A stretch of 64,000 nucleotides of DNA from an uncultured Fibrobacteria bacterium. GTDB lineage: Bacteria; Fibrobacterota; Fibrobacteria; UBA11236. Both the position numbers and the translations under genes were made by a program. The notes beneath the pieces are model-generated. The model was not told where the DNA came from, searched no databases, and saw only the letters and a program-made list of their open reading frames with translations. Positions 51,446-61,972 of this stretch are shown here, in pieces. Numbering within the stretch: the first letter of the stretch is position 1; every line of letters starts with the position of its first letter. The stretch is taken from assembly GCA_963716395.1 (NCBI GenBank), contig OY970309.1, positions 2,592,001 to 2,656,000 of the forward strand. The letters are read 5' to 3'.

Positions 51446-53281
51446 TCAGGCCGACAATTCCCCGATCAAAGTGAGAATGCGGTCGGTGACGCCCTTTAGT
51501 TCGGCGTCGATTTCGGCTAATGGACGCGACGGCTCGAAAACGTAGAAGTAGCGGTTGAACGGGATTTCATAGCCCACCTTGGTTTTCTCTTCGTCAATCC
51601 AGGCATCGGGTGCATGCGTCAGCACTTCGCGTTGGAAATAGGCTTGAATGTCTTCGCGAAGCGGTACGTTTTCGGTATCGCGCAGGTTACTATCGGCCAA
51701 AGGCTTGTCTTTGAGTTTACCCCTTTCACCCAGAACGATTTTTCCGGTTTGATCGCGCAACGGCCGTTCCACCGTGATGGTGCGATACCCGAATTCCTCA
51801 TTGCGGAATATGCGCGAAAGCGGCGCCATCTTGAGCTTGCCGCCCTTGGGTGCCGTGGGCGCGACCTTGCTCTTGGTTAGAATTTGCCGGGAAATCTCCT
51901 TGCCTTCGGCGTCCTGCACGATGGTCAATTGCGCTTCCGCGCCTTGCTTGAAAAGGTGGACGATGTCGGCGATATGGTCTTCGGATAATTCCTTGCGCTT
52001 GCTGCCCAGGCTTTTGCGCATCTTCTGCCAAAAATCCGAAGCGTCGATGAGTTGCACCTTTCCCTTGCGGGATTTCGGTTTGTCGTTGGTAAGAATCCAG
52101 ACATAGGTTGAAATGCCCGTGTTGTAGAACATGTCGGTGGGCAGGGCGATGATGGCTTCGAGCAAATCGTTTTCCAGCACATAGCGGCGGATTTCACTTT
52201 CGCCCGAACCGGCGCCGCCGGTGAAAAGCGGAGAGCCGTTCAAGACGATGCCGAAGCGGCTGCCGCCGTCTTTGGACGGCCGCATCTTGTGGATCAGGTG
52301 CAGCAAAAACAAAAGCGAGCCGTCGGAAACCCGAGGCAAGCCGGGACCGAAGCGCCCGTTGAAGCCTTGCTCTTCATGTTCCTTTCTGATTTCCTTTTCG
52401 ACTTTTTTCCATTCCACGCCGAAGGGCGGATTGGAAAGCATGTAATCGAATTTGCGACTCGGATGCCCGTCGTCCGCAAGCGTGTTTCCAGCTACGATGT
52501 TGGCCACGTCCTGGCCCTTGATCAGCATATCGGCTTTGCAAATGGCATAGGATTCGTCGTTCAATTCCTGCCCGAACATGGTCAGCCGTGCCTTGGGATT
52601 GCGTTCTTCCAGATATTCATCGGCCACCGAAAGCATGCCGCCCGTTCCCGCCGCCGGGTCATAGATGGTGCGCACGATGCCGGGCAAAGTCAAATCCTTT
52701 TCATCTTCAACGAACAGCAATTTGACCATGAGGCGGATCACTTCGCGCGGCGTGAAATGTTCTCCGGCGGTTTCATTGGAGATTTCCGCGAACTTGCGGA
52801 TCAATTCTTCAAAGGCCAAACCCATTTGGGAATTGTTCACGGATTCGGGGGAAAGGTTAATGCCCGCGAAGCGCTCGGTGACTTGGTACAGCAGCTTGGA
52901 TTTGGCCAGCCGGTCGATTTGGGAGTAGAAATCGAAGCGTTCAAATATGTCCCGGGCCGAAGCCGAAAAGGCTTGGGTGTAGGAGTAAAGGTTTTCCTTA
53001 ATATGGTCTTGATCACCCATGAGTTTTTTCATGTCCAAAAGGGAGGTATTGAAAAATCCCACCTTGGTTTTGCGCAACAAAAAAGGTTCCCAAGCGATTT
53101 TGGCTTTTTTCTTTTCGGTGTATTCCTTGAGCACGGCCGCCTTGGTCGGTTCTAAGACACAATCCAAGCGGCGCAACACCGTGAAAGGCAAAACCACCTT
53201 GCCGTATTCGGATTGCTTGTAATCGCCGCGCAGAAGTTCGGCGATAGACCAAATGAATGAAGACAGGGCTTGTTGATTCAT
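51446..53281 (-). CDS. hsdM: Type I R-M N6-adenine methyltransferase
   Basis: [47 protein letters not shown]; intact ORF. Confidence 0.95.
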   Translation of the reverse strand: MNQQALSSFIWSIAELLRGDYKQSEYGKVVLPFTVLRRLDCVLEPTKAAVLKEYTEKKKAKIAWEPFLLRKTKVGFFNTSLLDMKKLMGDQDHIKENLYSYTQAFSASARDIFERFDFYSQIDRLAKSKLLYQVTERFAGINLSPESVNNSQMGLAFEELIRKFAEISNETAGEHFTPREVIRLMVKLLFVEDEKDLTLPGIVRTIYDPAAGTGGMLSVADEYLEERNPKARLTMFGQELNDESYAICKADMLIKGQDVANIVAGNTLADDGHPSRKFDYMLSNPPFGVEWKKVEKEIRKEHEEQGFNGRFGPGLPRVSDGSLLFLLHLIHKMRPSKDGGSRFGIVLNGSPLFTGGAGSGESEIRRYVLENDLLEAIIALPTDMFYNTGISTYVWILTNDKPKSRKGKVQLIDASDFWQKMRKSLGSKRKELSEDHIADIVHLFKQGAEAQLTIVQDAEGKEISRQILTKSKVAPTAPKGGKLKMAPLSRIFRNEEFGYRTITVERPLRDQTGKIVLGERGKLKDKPLADSNLRDTENVPLREDIQAYFQREVLTHAPDAWIDEEKTKVGYEIPFNRYFYVFEPSRPLAEIDAELKGVTDRILTLIGELSA

Positions 53282-53417
53282 GGGAATCTGTCTCGATGAA
53301 AGGGAGAGATCGGTTTACAAGGTAGTTTGGGGGTAAATCCAAGCCTTGGATACATCAAAAATCGCTTAGAGTAGTCATTTTCCATCGAAAATCGGCAATT
53401 CCCGCCCACTCGCATAC

Positions 53418-53431
53418 TGCACAAAAGAGCA
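53418..53431. promoter_or_regulatory. LexA (SOS) box next to a TATAAT -10 element
   Basis: TGCACAAAAGAGCA; the reverse complement TGCTC-TTTT-GTGCA fits TGCNC-N4-GTGCA. Nested in CTG-N10-CAG. TATAAT at 53434-53439. Confidence 0.8.
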
Positions 53432-53445
53432 GTTATAATTCCATC

Positions 53446-53868
53446 ATGCTTCCGAGACCCCAAGCCGGCGCTAAGGGTTTTTCCCCATCCGTTTTTCATC
53501 GCCCCATCGCGGCGGATTTTCCCGCGTCCGCCCCGGACGACGCGAACGCGGCCCTCGACTGGCAGCACCTGCTGGCGCCGCATCCCGCGGCGACATTCAC
53601 TTTGCGGGCCGGGGGAAATTCCATGGCGCCGAGTATTCAAGACGGCGATTATTTGCTGGTGGATCGATCCCTGGCGGCGCAGCACGATGATATTGTGATC
53701 GCCGTACGCGATGGCGCGTTTACGGTGAAACGCCTGTTCCAACGCGAAGACGTGATCTCTTTGCTTCCCGACAATTCCGACTATTCTCCCCTTGACCTGA
53801 CCCTCGGGTCGGATTTCCAGATTTGGGGCGTGGTGATCCGGGTGGTGCGCGTGACGTGTAGGCGGTGA
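53446..53868 (+). CDS. umuD: UmuD-like S24 peptidase
   Basis: HPAATF.LRA.GNSM, I.DGD.LLVDRS, FTVKRL, IWGVV. Confidence 0.8.
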   Translation: MLPRPQAGAKGFSPSVFHRPIAADFPASAPDDANAALDWQHLLAPHPAATFTLRAGGNSMAPSIQDGDYLLVDRSLAAQHDDIVIAVRDGAFTVKRLFQREDVISLLPDNSDYSPLDLTLGSDFQIWGVVIRVVRVTCRR

Positions 53869-53930
53869 GGGAACGGATTACCGCAGGAGCGTTGGACACC
53901 TTGGCGCAATGACGCCGTCGCCGTGACCGA

Positions 53931-56480
53931 TCACTTCACGCCATCGACCACCATCGCGGCGCCGCCGCAATGGGCCACGTACAGACCGCGCGGCAGGCCG
54001 GAAAGGTCGAGGCGCGCGATGCCGCCGAGTTTTTCCGAAGTGCGGATCAGCCGCCCGCGCAGATCGACCAGACGGATGGTGTTTGCACCCTGGCTGAAAA
54101 GCATTTCTCCGTATCGGTACAGCGAAGGCAGGGCATGCCCGGCCGCTCGCGGCGCAATCGCATTGGTGCCCACCGGCTCTCCGTACACGATGCCGCGTCC
54201 GGCGGTGCTCATATACACCCGGCCATACACGTTCATGTCGCCCAACACGAAGTTGCCGTTGGCCGGGCCGCCGTACTGGTGCTGATCGTCGTTGACGCGC
54301 ATCCAGGTCTGGCCCTTGTCGATGGAGCGGTAGATTCCCAGCGGGCCGCCGTTGGCTTTGCCCCACATGTACAGCGCATAGTAAGCCGCCCCTGGGGCGG
54401 CCTTGCCCAAGCCGATCGACAGACAGGCATCCATGCTGGAGTCGCGCGACCAGGTTTTGCCGCCGTCGACGGAATGCGCCAGGCCGTTGGCGCTATAGCC
54501 CGAAGGCGACCAGCTTTGCACCGCATCCAACGGCACCCACAAATCGCCTGCGGCTCCCGGAGCTGCGCGCAGCAAACCCGAGCTCGCCGAAGTGAGCCCG
54601 TGGGTGTTATCGATCAACGAACCCACCTTCGCGAACGAGACGCCGCCGTTGGTGCTGCCCAGGACGTCGCCCTGGTACCCGTCGGGAATGATGTAGAAGT
54701 CGGCGGGATTGACGGGATCGGCCACCATGCGCCCGGTCTGGGTATTGAGGCCCGTCACCGCCGTCCAGGTATTGCCGCTGTCGGCGGAGCGGTAATACGT
54801 CGAGGGGCTGGCGTTCACACCGTTATGGGTGTTGGAGGGGCGCAACAGCATCACCTTGCCGTCGGCCGACAAAGCCAAATCTCCGCCCGAACCGGGCAGC
54901 GTGGCGGTATCGGTCATGGCCCAAGTTTCGCCTTGGTCCTGCGAGCGATACAGCACGTCGTAGGTGCGCGACGGGTTCACCGAATAATCGGTGACGCGGC
55001 CGCCGCGGATGAACCAGCCCGCCTGGGCCGCGTAGCCGAGCACATTATCGCTGCCGATGGTGGGCGTATGCTGGGGCGCGCTTTGCAGAATATTGGTGTA
55101 GGTCGATCCGTCGTAATCCATGAGAGCGGTGACCAGCGGCCCGCCCGGCACGCTCACCAAATCCATGGGCACGGTTTCTTCGAGGCCGTGCGCCTGGAAT
55201 TTCCACACCGGCACCACGGGGGTGATGTCATCGGTGCGGAACACCCCGTTGCCCGATCCCACCCAAGCCACCTGGGTGTTGAAGGGATCGAATTCCAACG
55301 AACCCGCCCAATGGATGGCGTTGCCGTCAATCCAGTTATTGCCGTTGGCATCAAGGTTGGGCGTGGTCGCCGATTTCGGGTTGAGGTTTTTCCAGGTGGC
55401 GCCGCCGTCTTCGGTCAGAAAAATGACGTCGCCGGCGTTGGCTTTGCCGTCGGGCCACAAATCGTTGCCGCCATAGAAGCTTTCCGTGCTCAGGATCAGC
55501 CGTAGGGGATTCTGCGGGTCGGCGGAAATCCCGCCGAAGGAATACCCATAGCCTTCGTGGCCGGTGCCGTACACGAAACCGCTGTCATCCTTGGGCGAGA
55601 TGTTGGTCCAGGCGCCGGTGGCCGTGTTCATCTTCCACACGCTGCCGCCGCTTTGGTTGAACGGCCCGGGCCCGTCGGAGTAGGTGCCGTACAAGTAACC
55701 CCCGCTGAGCGTGGCCCGCAACGCCATCTGCGCCGGGGCTCCCGCAATGGGGTTGAAGGTGGCGCCGCCGTCGTTGCTGACGTACAGGCTGGCAGCATCG
55801 TTGGCCACTCCCAGATAAATCGTTTTCGTGCCGCCGCCGGCGGTGGTGCCGCTGGAGGAATCGAACAGCACATAGGTGATGCCGTCTTGATTGACGATGT
55901 CGGTGCCCGACAGCGACACCGTGCCCGCAACCAGGCTCCAGGTTTTGCCGGTATCGGCGCTGTGGAACAGGCCCTTGGTGCGGGTGCCGCAAAAGAGTAT
56001 GGCGCTGTTATGCGGATCGACGGCCAGCTTTTCGCCCGACTGCCGTCCCATGCCATTGCCGTGCGCGAGGATTTGCGCGGTGACGTTGACGGTGTCGAAG
56101 GTGGCGCCGTAGTCGTCGGAGCGCAGAATCATGGAGAGACCGTTGCTGAAATAGGAGGTTCCGCACAGGATGTACAGGCGCTTGGAATCCCGGGGATCGA
56201 GGGCCACGGATTCGGTGCCGTACAAACCGAGGTCGGGTTGGGAAACCCAATCCATGAGCGCAATCCATTGGCCGCCGGTGGAATCCCAGCGGTAGGCGCC
56301 GCCCACGTCGGTGCGGGCATACACCAATCCCGGTTGGGTGTGGCTGGGGACGATGCCGTCTACGAAGCCGCCGCCTTCGAAAACCACATTGCCCCAGTCA
56401 TAGGATTCGGCCCGGGCCTGCTCGCATCCCCATACAAGACCCAATCCCAAGGCCGGCGCGATCCAACTCTTTAAACTCAT
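53931..56480 (-). CDS. GH74 xyloglucanase-like protein with T9SS-like tail
   Basis: GGGFVDG, ARTDVGGAYRW, GNGMGRQSGE, BNR repeats (S.D.G.TW), GLEET, MDYDG, GRGIVYG. Confidence 0.9.
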   Translation of the reverse strand: MSLKSWIAPALGLGLVWGCEQARAESYDWGNVVFEGGGFVDGIVPSHTQPGLVYARTDVGGAYRWDSTGGQWIALMDWVSQPDLGLYGTESVALDPRDSKRLYILCGTSYFSNGLSMILRSDDYGATFDTVNVTAQILAHGNGMGRQSGEKLAVDPHNSAILFCGTRTKGLFHSADTGKTWSLVAGTVSLSGTDIVNQDGITYVLFDSSSGTTAGGGTKTIYLGVANDAASLYVSNDGGATFNPIAGAPAQMALRATLSGGYLYGTYSDGPGPFNQSGGSVWKMNTATGAWTNISPKDDSGFVYGTGHEGYGYSFGGISADPQNPLRLILSTESFYGGNDLWPDGKANAGDVIFLTEDGGATWKNLNPKSATTPNLDANGNNWIDGNAIHWAGSLEFDPFNTQVAWVGSGNGVFRTDDITPVVPVWKFQAHGLEETVPMDLVSVPGGPLVTALMDYDGSTYTNILQSAPQHTPTIGSDNVLGYAAQAGWFIRGGRVTDYSVNPSRTYDVLYRSQDQGETWAMTDTATLPGSGGDLALSADGKVMLLRPSNTHNGVNASPSTYYRSADSGNTWTAVTGLNTQTGRMVADPVNPADFYIIPDGYQGDVLGSTNGGVSFAKVGSLIDNTHGLTSASSGLLRAAPGAAGDLWVPLDAVQSWSPSGYSANGLAHSVDGGKTWSRDSSMDACLSIGLGKAAPGAAYYALYMWGKANGGPLGIYRSIDKGQTWMRVNDDQHQYGGPANGNFVLGDMNVYGRVYMSTAGRGIVYGEPVGTNAIAPRAAGHALPSLYRYGEMLFSQGANTIRLVDLRGRLIRTSEKLGGIARLDLSGLPRGLYVAHCGGAAMVVDGVK

Positions 56481-56747
56481 CCGGGTTCCTCTCCTCTGTT
56501 CACGTCGGTCTGGTGTTTGAGTTAGTGGCAAGGCGCCGGGCCGAGGTTGAAGTGAGGCGCCGGGTAAAAGTAGTCGGAGTGCGATTTTTTTTCTCAGCAG
56601 GAAAGTTGAGTCACGGATCAAGACCTTCATCCCCGTCCGGTGGCTGCGGCGGAGCGAAATTAATTCAGCCCCGGTCTGATACTCCGTCCGCCAAAGGCGG
56701 ACCGCCGAATAGGGGCCACGTCCGCCTGCGGCGGACTGCGAGGTAGT

Positions 56748-58151
56748 TCATTTTTTCCGCGATTGCAGAAAGGCGACCAGTGCGTCCATTTCGGTGGGCG
56801 TGAGGTTTCCGGCAAAGGCCGGCATGTTCACACCGCCGTTGGAAATTCTCGCGATCAGTTGATCCTTCGACAACCGGTCTCCGACCTCGGTGAGATCCGG
56901 ACCGCGCCGTCCGCCGTCGCCGGAAATCAGGTGGCATTTCAGGCAGCCTTTGGAGGCGAACAATTGCGCCCCCATGAAGACCGGGCCGGCGCTGGCGCCG
57001 ACCACGGCGGGCGACAAGGGCGGCGCGTCGAAATTGGGCGACCACTTGGATTGCGCGCCCGCCACCCACAAGGTCGCAATCGTCACGACGACCAGCAAGA
57101 CCACGGCGATGGCCCAGGGCCGGCGGCGCGGGCTGCGTTCGCCGCGGTTGGAAACAAAGGGGAGTGCGATCAAAATCACCCCCGCCAGCATCGGGCCGAA
57201 GACCATGAAATATTTTTCGGTTCCGTGCGGCAAGAGCGCGAGCACGGCGAAATACCACAGCAGATACCAGTCCGGGCGCGGACTGGCTTCGATGATACTG
57301 GGATCGGGCGGCTTGCCCAAATGCGGCGCGCCGAAAAAAAACGCCAGCGCGGCAATGACGCCGATCAATCCCACGCACGCCACCACGTCGCGCCACGCCG
57401 CATCGGGCCAGAACGGGCGTCCGGTTTTTTCCATCAATCCTGCATACTCCCGGCGGTAGGTTTTGGGATTCACCGGTTTGCCGGGTTGCGGCGGTTCGGA
57501 AATGCCGTGGCGGAGAACCAGCCAAACATGCAGCCCGACAAAGGCGAAGATACAGGCGGGCATGATGAACACGTGCATCACGAAAAACCGCGTCAAGGTC
57601 GCGCCGCCGACGGTGTCGCCGCCCAAGGTGAAATGCGCCAGCCACCGGCCGATGAAAGGCGCGCGGCCGGCTTGCTCGGCCGCAATCACCACCGACCAGA
57701 CGGCGGTTTGATCCCAGCGCAAAAGTTGCCCGGTAAACCCCATGACCAGGGTGAACCCCAGCAGTAACACGCCGGTTTCCCAATTCAATTCGCGGGGAAA
57801 CTTGTACGACCCGAACAGATAAACCTGCGCCAGGTGCAGGCCGACCATCAGGACCATGGCCGAGGCGCCGTAATAATGCAGGCCGCGCAGAAAATGTCCG
57901 AAGGGCGCCTCGTCGTTGATGAAGTGGAGTGTCGAATACGCTTCGCCGGCCGAGGGAATGTACGAGAAGGCCAAGGCGATGCCGCTGATCACCTGCACCA
58001 TGAAAGCGCACAGGGTGGCGCTGCCGAAGACATACCACCATTTGGCATCGGGCGGCACGAGATGCTCCGCCATTTTGCCCAGGGCTGCGGGAATGCCGGT
58101 GCGGTCGTCGATCCACGCGAGCAGGCTTTTATACAAGCGGGACGGCTGCAT
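56748..58151 (-). CDS. Cytochrome b (unsplit) fused to a C-terminal cytochrome c
   Basis: RGLHYYG, GLHLAQV, RFFVMHV, GLHVWL heme ligands; RPDWY Qo motif; CLKCH and NMP. Confidence 0.92.
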   Translation of the reverse strand: MQPSRLYKSLLAWIDDRTGIPAALGKMAEHLVPPDAKWWYVFGSATLCAFMVQVISGIALAFSYIPSAGEAYSTLHFINDEAPFGHFLRGLHYYGASAMVLMVGLHLAQVYLFGSYKFPRELNWETGVLLLGFTLVMGFTGQLLRWDQTAVWSVVIAAEQAGRAPFIGRWLAHFTLGGDTVGGATLTRFFVMHVFIMPACIFAFVGLHVWLVLRHGISEPPQPGKPVNPKTYRREYAGLMEKTGRPFWPDAAWRDVVACVGLIGVIAALAFFFGAPHLGKPPDPSIIEASPRPDWYLLWYFAVLALLPHGTEKYFMVFGPMLAGVILIALPFVSNRGERSPRRRPWAIAVVLLVVVTIATLWVAGAQSKWSPNFDAPPLSPAVVGASAGPVFMGAQLFASKGCLKCHLISGDGGRRGPDLTEVGDRLSKDQLIARISNGGVNMPAFAGNLTPTEMDALVAFLQSRKK

Positions 58152-58153
58152 TT

Positions 58154-58903
58154 TTAGGCGATGCGAATGGGCGAGGTTTGAATCTGCACGTCCCCATGCA
58201 GGAGGCGCACGGGATAGCGCCGCAACGGCTGCGGCGGCGGACCGGCGGCTACCGTGCCGTCGGCATAATACACGCCGCCATGACAGGGACACATGAACAG
58301 ATCGGCTTCGGCCAGCCAACGCACCGGGCAACCCAGGTGGGTGCAATTGATGGAAAAGGCGACGAAGGTGTCGTCATCGACCCGGCGCAGCCAGGCCGCA
58401 TTGTGCGCGGTCACGCCCGCCCAGGGCAACGGCGACGCATCTTCGAATTTCACCTCCGTCGTGGTTCCGATGGGAAAGGCCGCGGCTTTTCCGACCGAGC
58501 GCCAGACTTCCCGCCGGCGTTCAAAGAAGGGAGCGAATATGAAACCGACCGTCGGCACCGCCAGGATCGCGGCGCCGATTCCGCCGACCGCCAGGCTGAA
58601 CTGTTCCAGAAATTTTCGCCGCGAAATTTCCGCCGTCGTCGGCGGGCAACAACCCGCGGGCTGTGCGCGGGTCGGCTTGCCTTCCCGGCGGAGATCCCGA
58701 ATCCATCCCGCCAGGGCCACGGCCATCATCACGCCGCCGACGCCGGTGATGATCGGCGAGGTGATCCATCCCCACACCAAAAAAACGATTCCCAACGCCA
58801 ACGCCGCCGGCCAAACGCCCGGTCGCGGCGGTTTTTCCTCCGGCGGCACGGTCCACCCCGAAGGCAGTTCCGGGGGCGGCGGAGAAGTGGGATCAGCGGA
58901 CAT
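58154..58903 (-). CDS. Rieske Fe-S protein with an N-terminal two-helix CtaF/subunit-IV-like extension
   Basis: CTHLGC and CPCHGGVY; internal SRRKFL Tat-like motif; N-terminal WPAALALG...LAGWIRDL. Confidence 0.88.
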   Translation of the reverse strand: MSADPTSPPPPELPSGWTVPPEEKPPRPGVWPAALALGIVFLVWGWITSPIITGVGGVMMAVALAGWIRDLRREGKPTRAQPAGCCPPTTAEISRRKFLEQFSLAVGGIGAAILAVPTVGFIFAPFFERRREVWRSVGKAAAFPIGTTTEVKFEDASPLPWAGVTAHNAAWLRRVDDDTFVAFSINCTHLGCPVRWLAEADLFMCPCHGGVYYADGTVAAGPPPQPLRRYPVRLLHGDVQIQTSPIRIA

Positions 58904-59732
58904 GGGGAATTTCCATAGGCGGGTGGTGGGATGGCGGTTCGGGAAAGGGGGCCGCGTCGCGGCCGTACCAACGCGCGAGCAGGCCGAAGATGCCCGTGAG
59001 ATAAATCAGGCAGGCGGGAACCCACATCAGCAGTCCGCCCAATTGCTGATCTTTGGCCGGCGTCAATCCCCATTGATTCCGAATCAAGGGCAAGATACCG
59101 AGTCGATCCTGCGGATGCATGTAGATCGAGCAGACCGTAACGGGCGCGAAGGTGATGATGATTCCCAGCACGGTGCAGCCGAGGCAAGCGCTGAACAGAT
59201 ACAGAATTCCCGCCGGCGGGGGCAACCGTTGTTTCTGCCACGGGCCGAGAATCGGCCACCAAAATGCGATGCCCATGGCCAGCAAGGAGATGTATTGCAA
59301 ACGGTGAATCCACGAATTCGACACCGCCGCATTGCACAGCGCCGGAATATGCCAAAACCACATGCCGCCGACGCCGGAAAGCCAGGTCGCCAAAGGATGG
59401 CGTAAAATCCAGTAAACCCCTTTCCAGCGGCCGGCTTGCATGCCGTCGGGCACCGGCGTCGGCGGCAGGCCCAGCAACAGCAACGCCGGTACGATCAACA
59501 ACAGCAGCAGATGTTGCAGCATGTGCGCGCTGAACAGATACCCGTCGGCCAGGGCATCGATGGGCGAGGCCAGGGTGAGAAAGAGGAGAAGGGTTCCCGC
59601 CAACATCCAGCCGGCTCTCCGGTGAAAGCGGAAGCGGGTGTGCAGGCCATATGCCGCCAGGATGGCGGCGCAGGAGGCGAGAACCCAGGGGTTCCAACTC
59701 CAGGCGGAACTGAAAAATTGTTGCGTCGTCAT
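58893..59732 (-). CDS. ctaG: caa3-type cytochrome c oxidase assembly factor
   Basis: LFSAHMLQHLLL, WHIP, FWWP, DQQLGGLLMWVP. Confidence 0.9.
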   Translation of the reverse strand: MTTQQFFSSAWSWNPWVLASCAAILAAYGLHTRFRFHRRAGWMLAGTLLLFLTLASPIDALADGYLFSAHMLQHLLLLLIVPALLLLGLPPTPVPDGMQAGRWKGVYWILRHPLATWLSGVGGMWFWHIPALCNAAVSNSWIHRLQYISLLAMGIAFWWPILGPWQKQRLPPPAGILYLFSACLGCTVLGIIITFAPVTVCSIYMHPQDRLGILPLIRNQWGLTPAKDQQLGGLLMWVPACLIYLTGIFGLLARWYGRDAAPFPEPPSHHPPMEIPHVR

Positions 59733-61972
59733 AGCAGCAACCTTAGGTAAATCACGGAAAAAACCGCCACCCATACGGCATCCACGAAGTGCCAGTACAG
59801 CCCGATGGCTTTCACCGCCTCCATCCGCCCTTGTTTGAAATCACCGGCCAGGGCCAAACCCAGCAGGATGGTCAGGGCGATGATGCCGAGACTGACATGC
59901 AGGCCGTGAAAGCCGGTCAGGGTGAAAAAGGTAGTGGCGAACAAATTGGAATCGACCCGCATCCCCGCGTGGAATACGCGCCAATATTCCCGGCCTTGGC
60001 CGAACAGAAAAACGGCTCCCAGCGCGATGGTCAGCGCCAGCCAGAGGCGAAAGGCGGCCTGCCGGCGGGCCCGCAATTTTTCCTCCGCCCGCCAAATCGT
60101 GAAGCTGCTCGCCAGCAGGCACAGCGTGTAGATGCCGGTTCTCACCGCATCCAAGCTTCCGGCGGGGGTCGGCCCGGCCATGCCGCGGCTGTTGTAAAAC
60201 AGATAGGCCATGATCAGCATGAGAAAGAAAAAACCTTCGGAAATCAGAAAGCTGATCATGCCGATCTGGTATCGGTCCGGAAGACGCCCCTCGGGGGCGG
60301 AGGGCCCGCCCACGGGCGGATCGGGGTTTTCCGGATGGGCCAAATCCCACAACGGCCGCCGGCTGCGGATGGGCGGCAGGCGATCAAAATTATGCGCGGG
60401 GGGCGGCGAGGTGGTCGCCCATTCCAGCGTCCAGGCTTGCCACGGATTATCCCCGGCCGGTCGTCCCCGCCGCAGGCTCACGGCGATGTTCCACAGCAGC
60501 ACCAACACCGAAGCGCCCAGCAGAAAGGCGCCGAGGGTGGAAATGAGATTGAGCAAGCCCCAGCCCGGCAAATCGGGATAGGTGTAAATTCGCCGGGTCA
60601 TTCCCATCAAGCCCAGAAAGTGCTGCACGAAGAACGCGGTGTTGAAGCCAATCACCGCCGTCCAGAAGTTGACCTTGCCGATGCGTTCGGACAGCATCCG
60701 CCCCGTCATTTTGGGAAACCAATAATACAGTCCCGCGAAAACCGCGAAGAAGGTGCCGCCGAACAGCACATAATGGAAATGCGCCACCAGGTAATACGTG
60801 TCGGTCACCTGCCAGTCGATGGGCACCACGGCGAACGTCACGCCGCTCAAACCGCCAATCGTGAACTGGATCAAAAACGCGACGGCGAAGAGCAGGGCGG
60901 TGGTGAGCCGGATCGAGCCGCCCCACAGCGTCGCGCTCCAGGCGAAAATCTTGATGCCGGTGGGAACGGCGATCAACATGCTCGACGCGGCGAAAAACAA
61001 ATCCACCGGATGCCCCAGGCCCACGGCGAACATGTGGTGGGCCCAGACCCCGAAGCTGAGCAAGGCGATGGCCACGGTGGAGCCCGCCACGAATTCATAC
61101 CCGAAGATCGGTTTGCGCGCGAACACCGGCACCACTTCGGACAGAATGCCGAAGGCCGGCAAGGCCAGGATATAGACCTCGGGATGGCCGAAAGTCCAGA
61201 AAAAATGCTGCCACAGCAGGGCCGAACCGCCGTGGGCGGGCACGAAAAAATGGGTGCCCAGGTGGCGGTCGATGAAGAGCATGAGGATGGCCGCGTTCAG
61301 CGCGGGCATGGCCAGAATGATGAGAAACGAGTTGACGAAAATCATCCACACGAACAACGGCAGGCGCCGGAAGGTCAGACCCGGCGCGCGCAGGGTCGCG
61401 ATGGTGGCGATGAGATTGATGGAGGCGGCCACCGATCCGATGCCGAGGACCAACAGCGACAATACCCAGTAATCCACGCCCGGCGTCGAGGCGTAGGGCG
61501 CTTCGCTGAGCGGCGCATAGCTGAACCAGCCGACGGCGGGGGCGCCGCCCGCCAACAGGCTGAAATGCAGGAGCAGGCCGCCGAAGGGGAACAGCCAATA
61601 GCTGAAGGCGTTGAGGCGGGGAAAGGCCATATCGCGCGCCCCGATCATCAACGGCACCAGATAATTCGCCAGGCCGATCAGCGTCGGCATCACCACCAGG
61701 AAAATCATGGTGGTGCCGTGCAAGGTGAAAATCTGATCGTACACGTTGGGCGAAAGAAAATGATTGTCGGGTCGGGCGAGTTGCAGGCGCAGGAGCAGCG
61801 CCTCGACTCCGCCCGCCAGAAAGAAGACCAGCGCCGTCAGCAGATAGAGAATTCCGATGCGTTTGTGATCCACCGTCGCGACCCAACCGAAACGCCCGTG
61901 CCGGGCGGATTCCGTGTCCGGCGCCGCTTCGGCGGAAACATCGGCGGGAACGGTCCCGGCGGGCCCGCTCAT
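59729..61972 (-). CDS. ctaD: A1-type cytochrome c oxidase subunit I fused to subunit III
   Basis: DHKRIG, HGTTM, GHPEVY, WAHH, AHFHY, TLEW; then FLISE...LTGFHGLHV...YWHFVD (subunit III). Confidence 0.93.
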   Translation of the reverse strand: MSGPAGTVPADVSAEAAPDTESARHGRFGWVATVDHKRIGILYLLTALVFFLAGGVEALLLRLQLARPDNHFLSPNVYDQIFTLHGTTMIFLVVMPTLIGLANYLVPLMIGARDMAFPRLNAFSYWLFPFGGLLLHFSLLAGGAPAVGWFSYAPLSEAPYASTPGVDYWVLSLLVLGIGSVAASINLIATIATLRAPGLTFRRLPLFVWMIFVNSFLIILAMPALNAAILMLFIDRHLGTHFFVPAHGGSALLWQHFFWTFGHPEVYILALPAFGILSEVVPVFARKPIFGYEFVAGSTVAIALLSFGVWAHHMFAVGLGHPVDLFFAASSMLIAVPTGIKIFAWSATLWGGSIRLTTALLFAVAFLIQFTIGGLSGVTFAVVPIDWQVTDTYYLVAHFHYVLFGGTFFAVFAGLYYWFPKMTGRMLSERIGKVNFWTAVIGFNTAFFVQHFLGLMGMTRRIYTYPDLPGWGLLNLISTLGAFLLGASVLVLLWNIAVSLRRGRPAGDNPWQAWTLEWATTSPPPAHNFDRLPPIRSRRPLWDLAHPENPDPPVGGPSAPEGRLPDRYQIGMISFLISEGFFFLMLIMAYLFYNSRGMAGPTPAGSLDAVRTGIYTLCLLASSFTIWRAEEKLRARRQAAFRLWLALTIALGAVFLFGQGREYWRVFHAGMRVDSNLFATTFFTLTGFHGLHVSLGIIALTILLGLALAGDFKQGRMEAVKAIGLYWHFVDAVWVAVFSVIYLRLLL

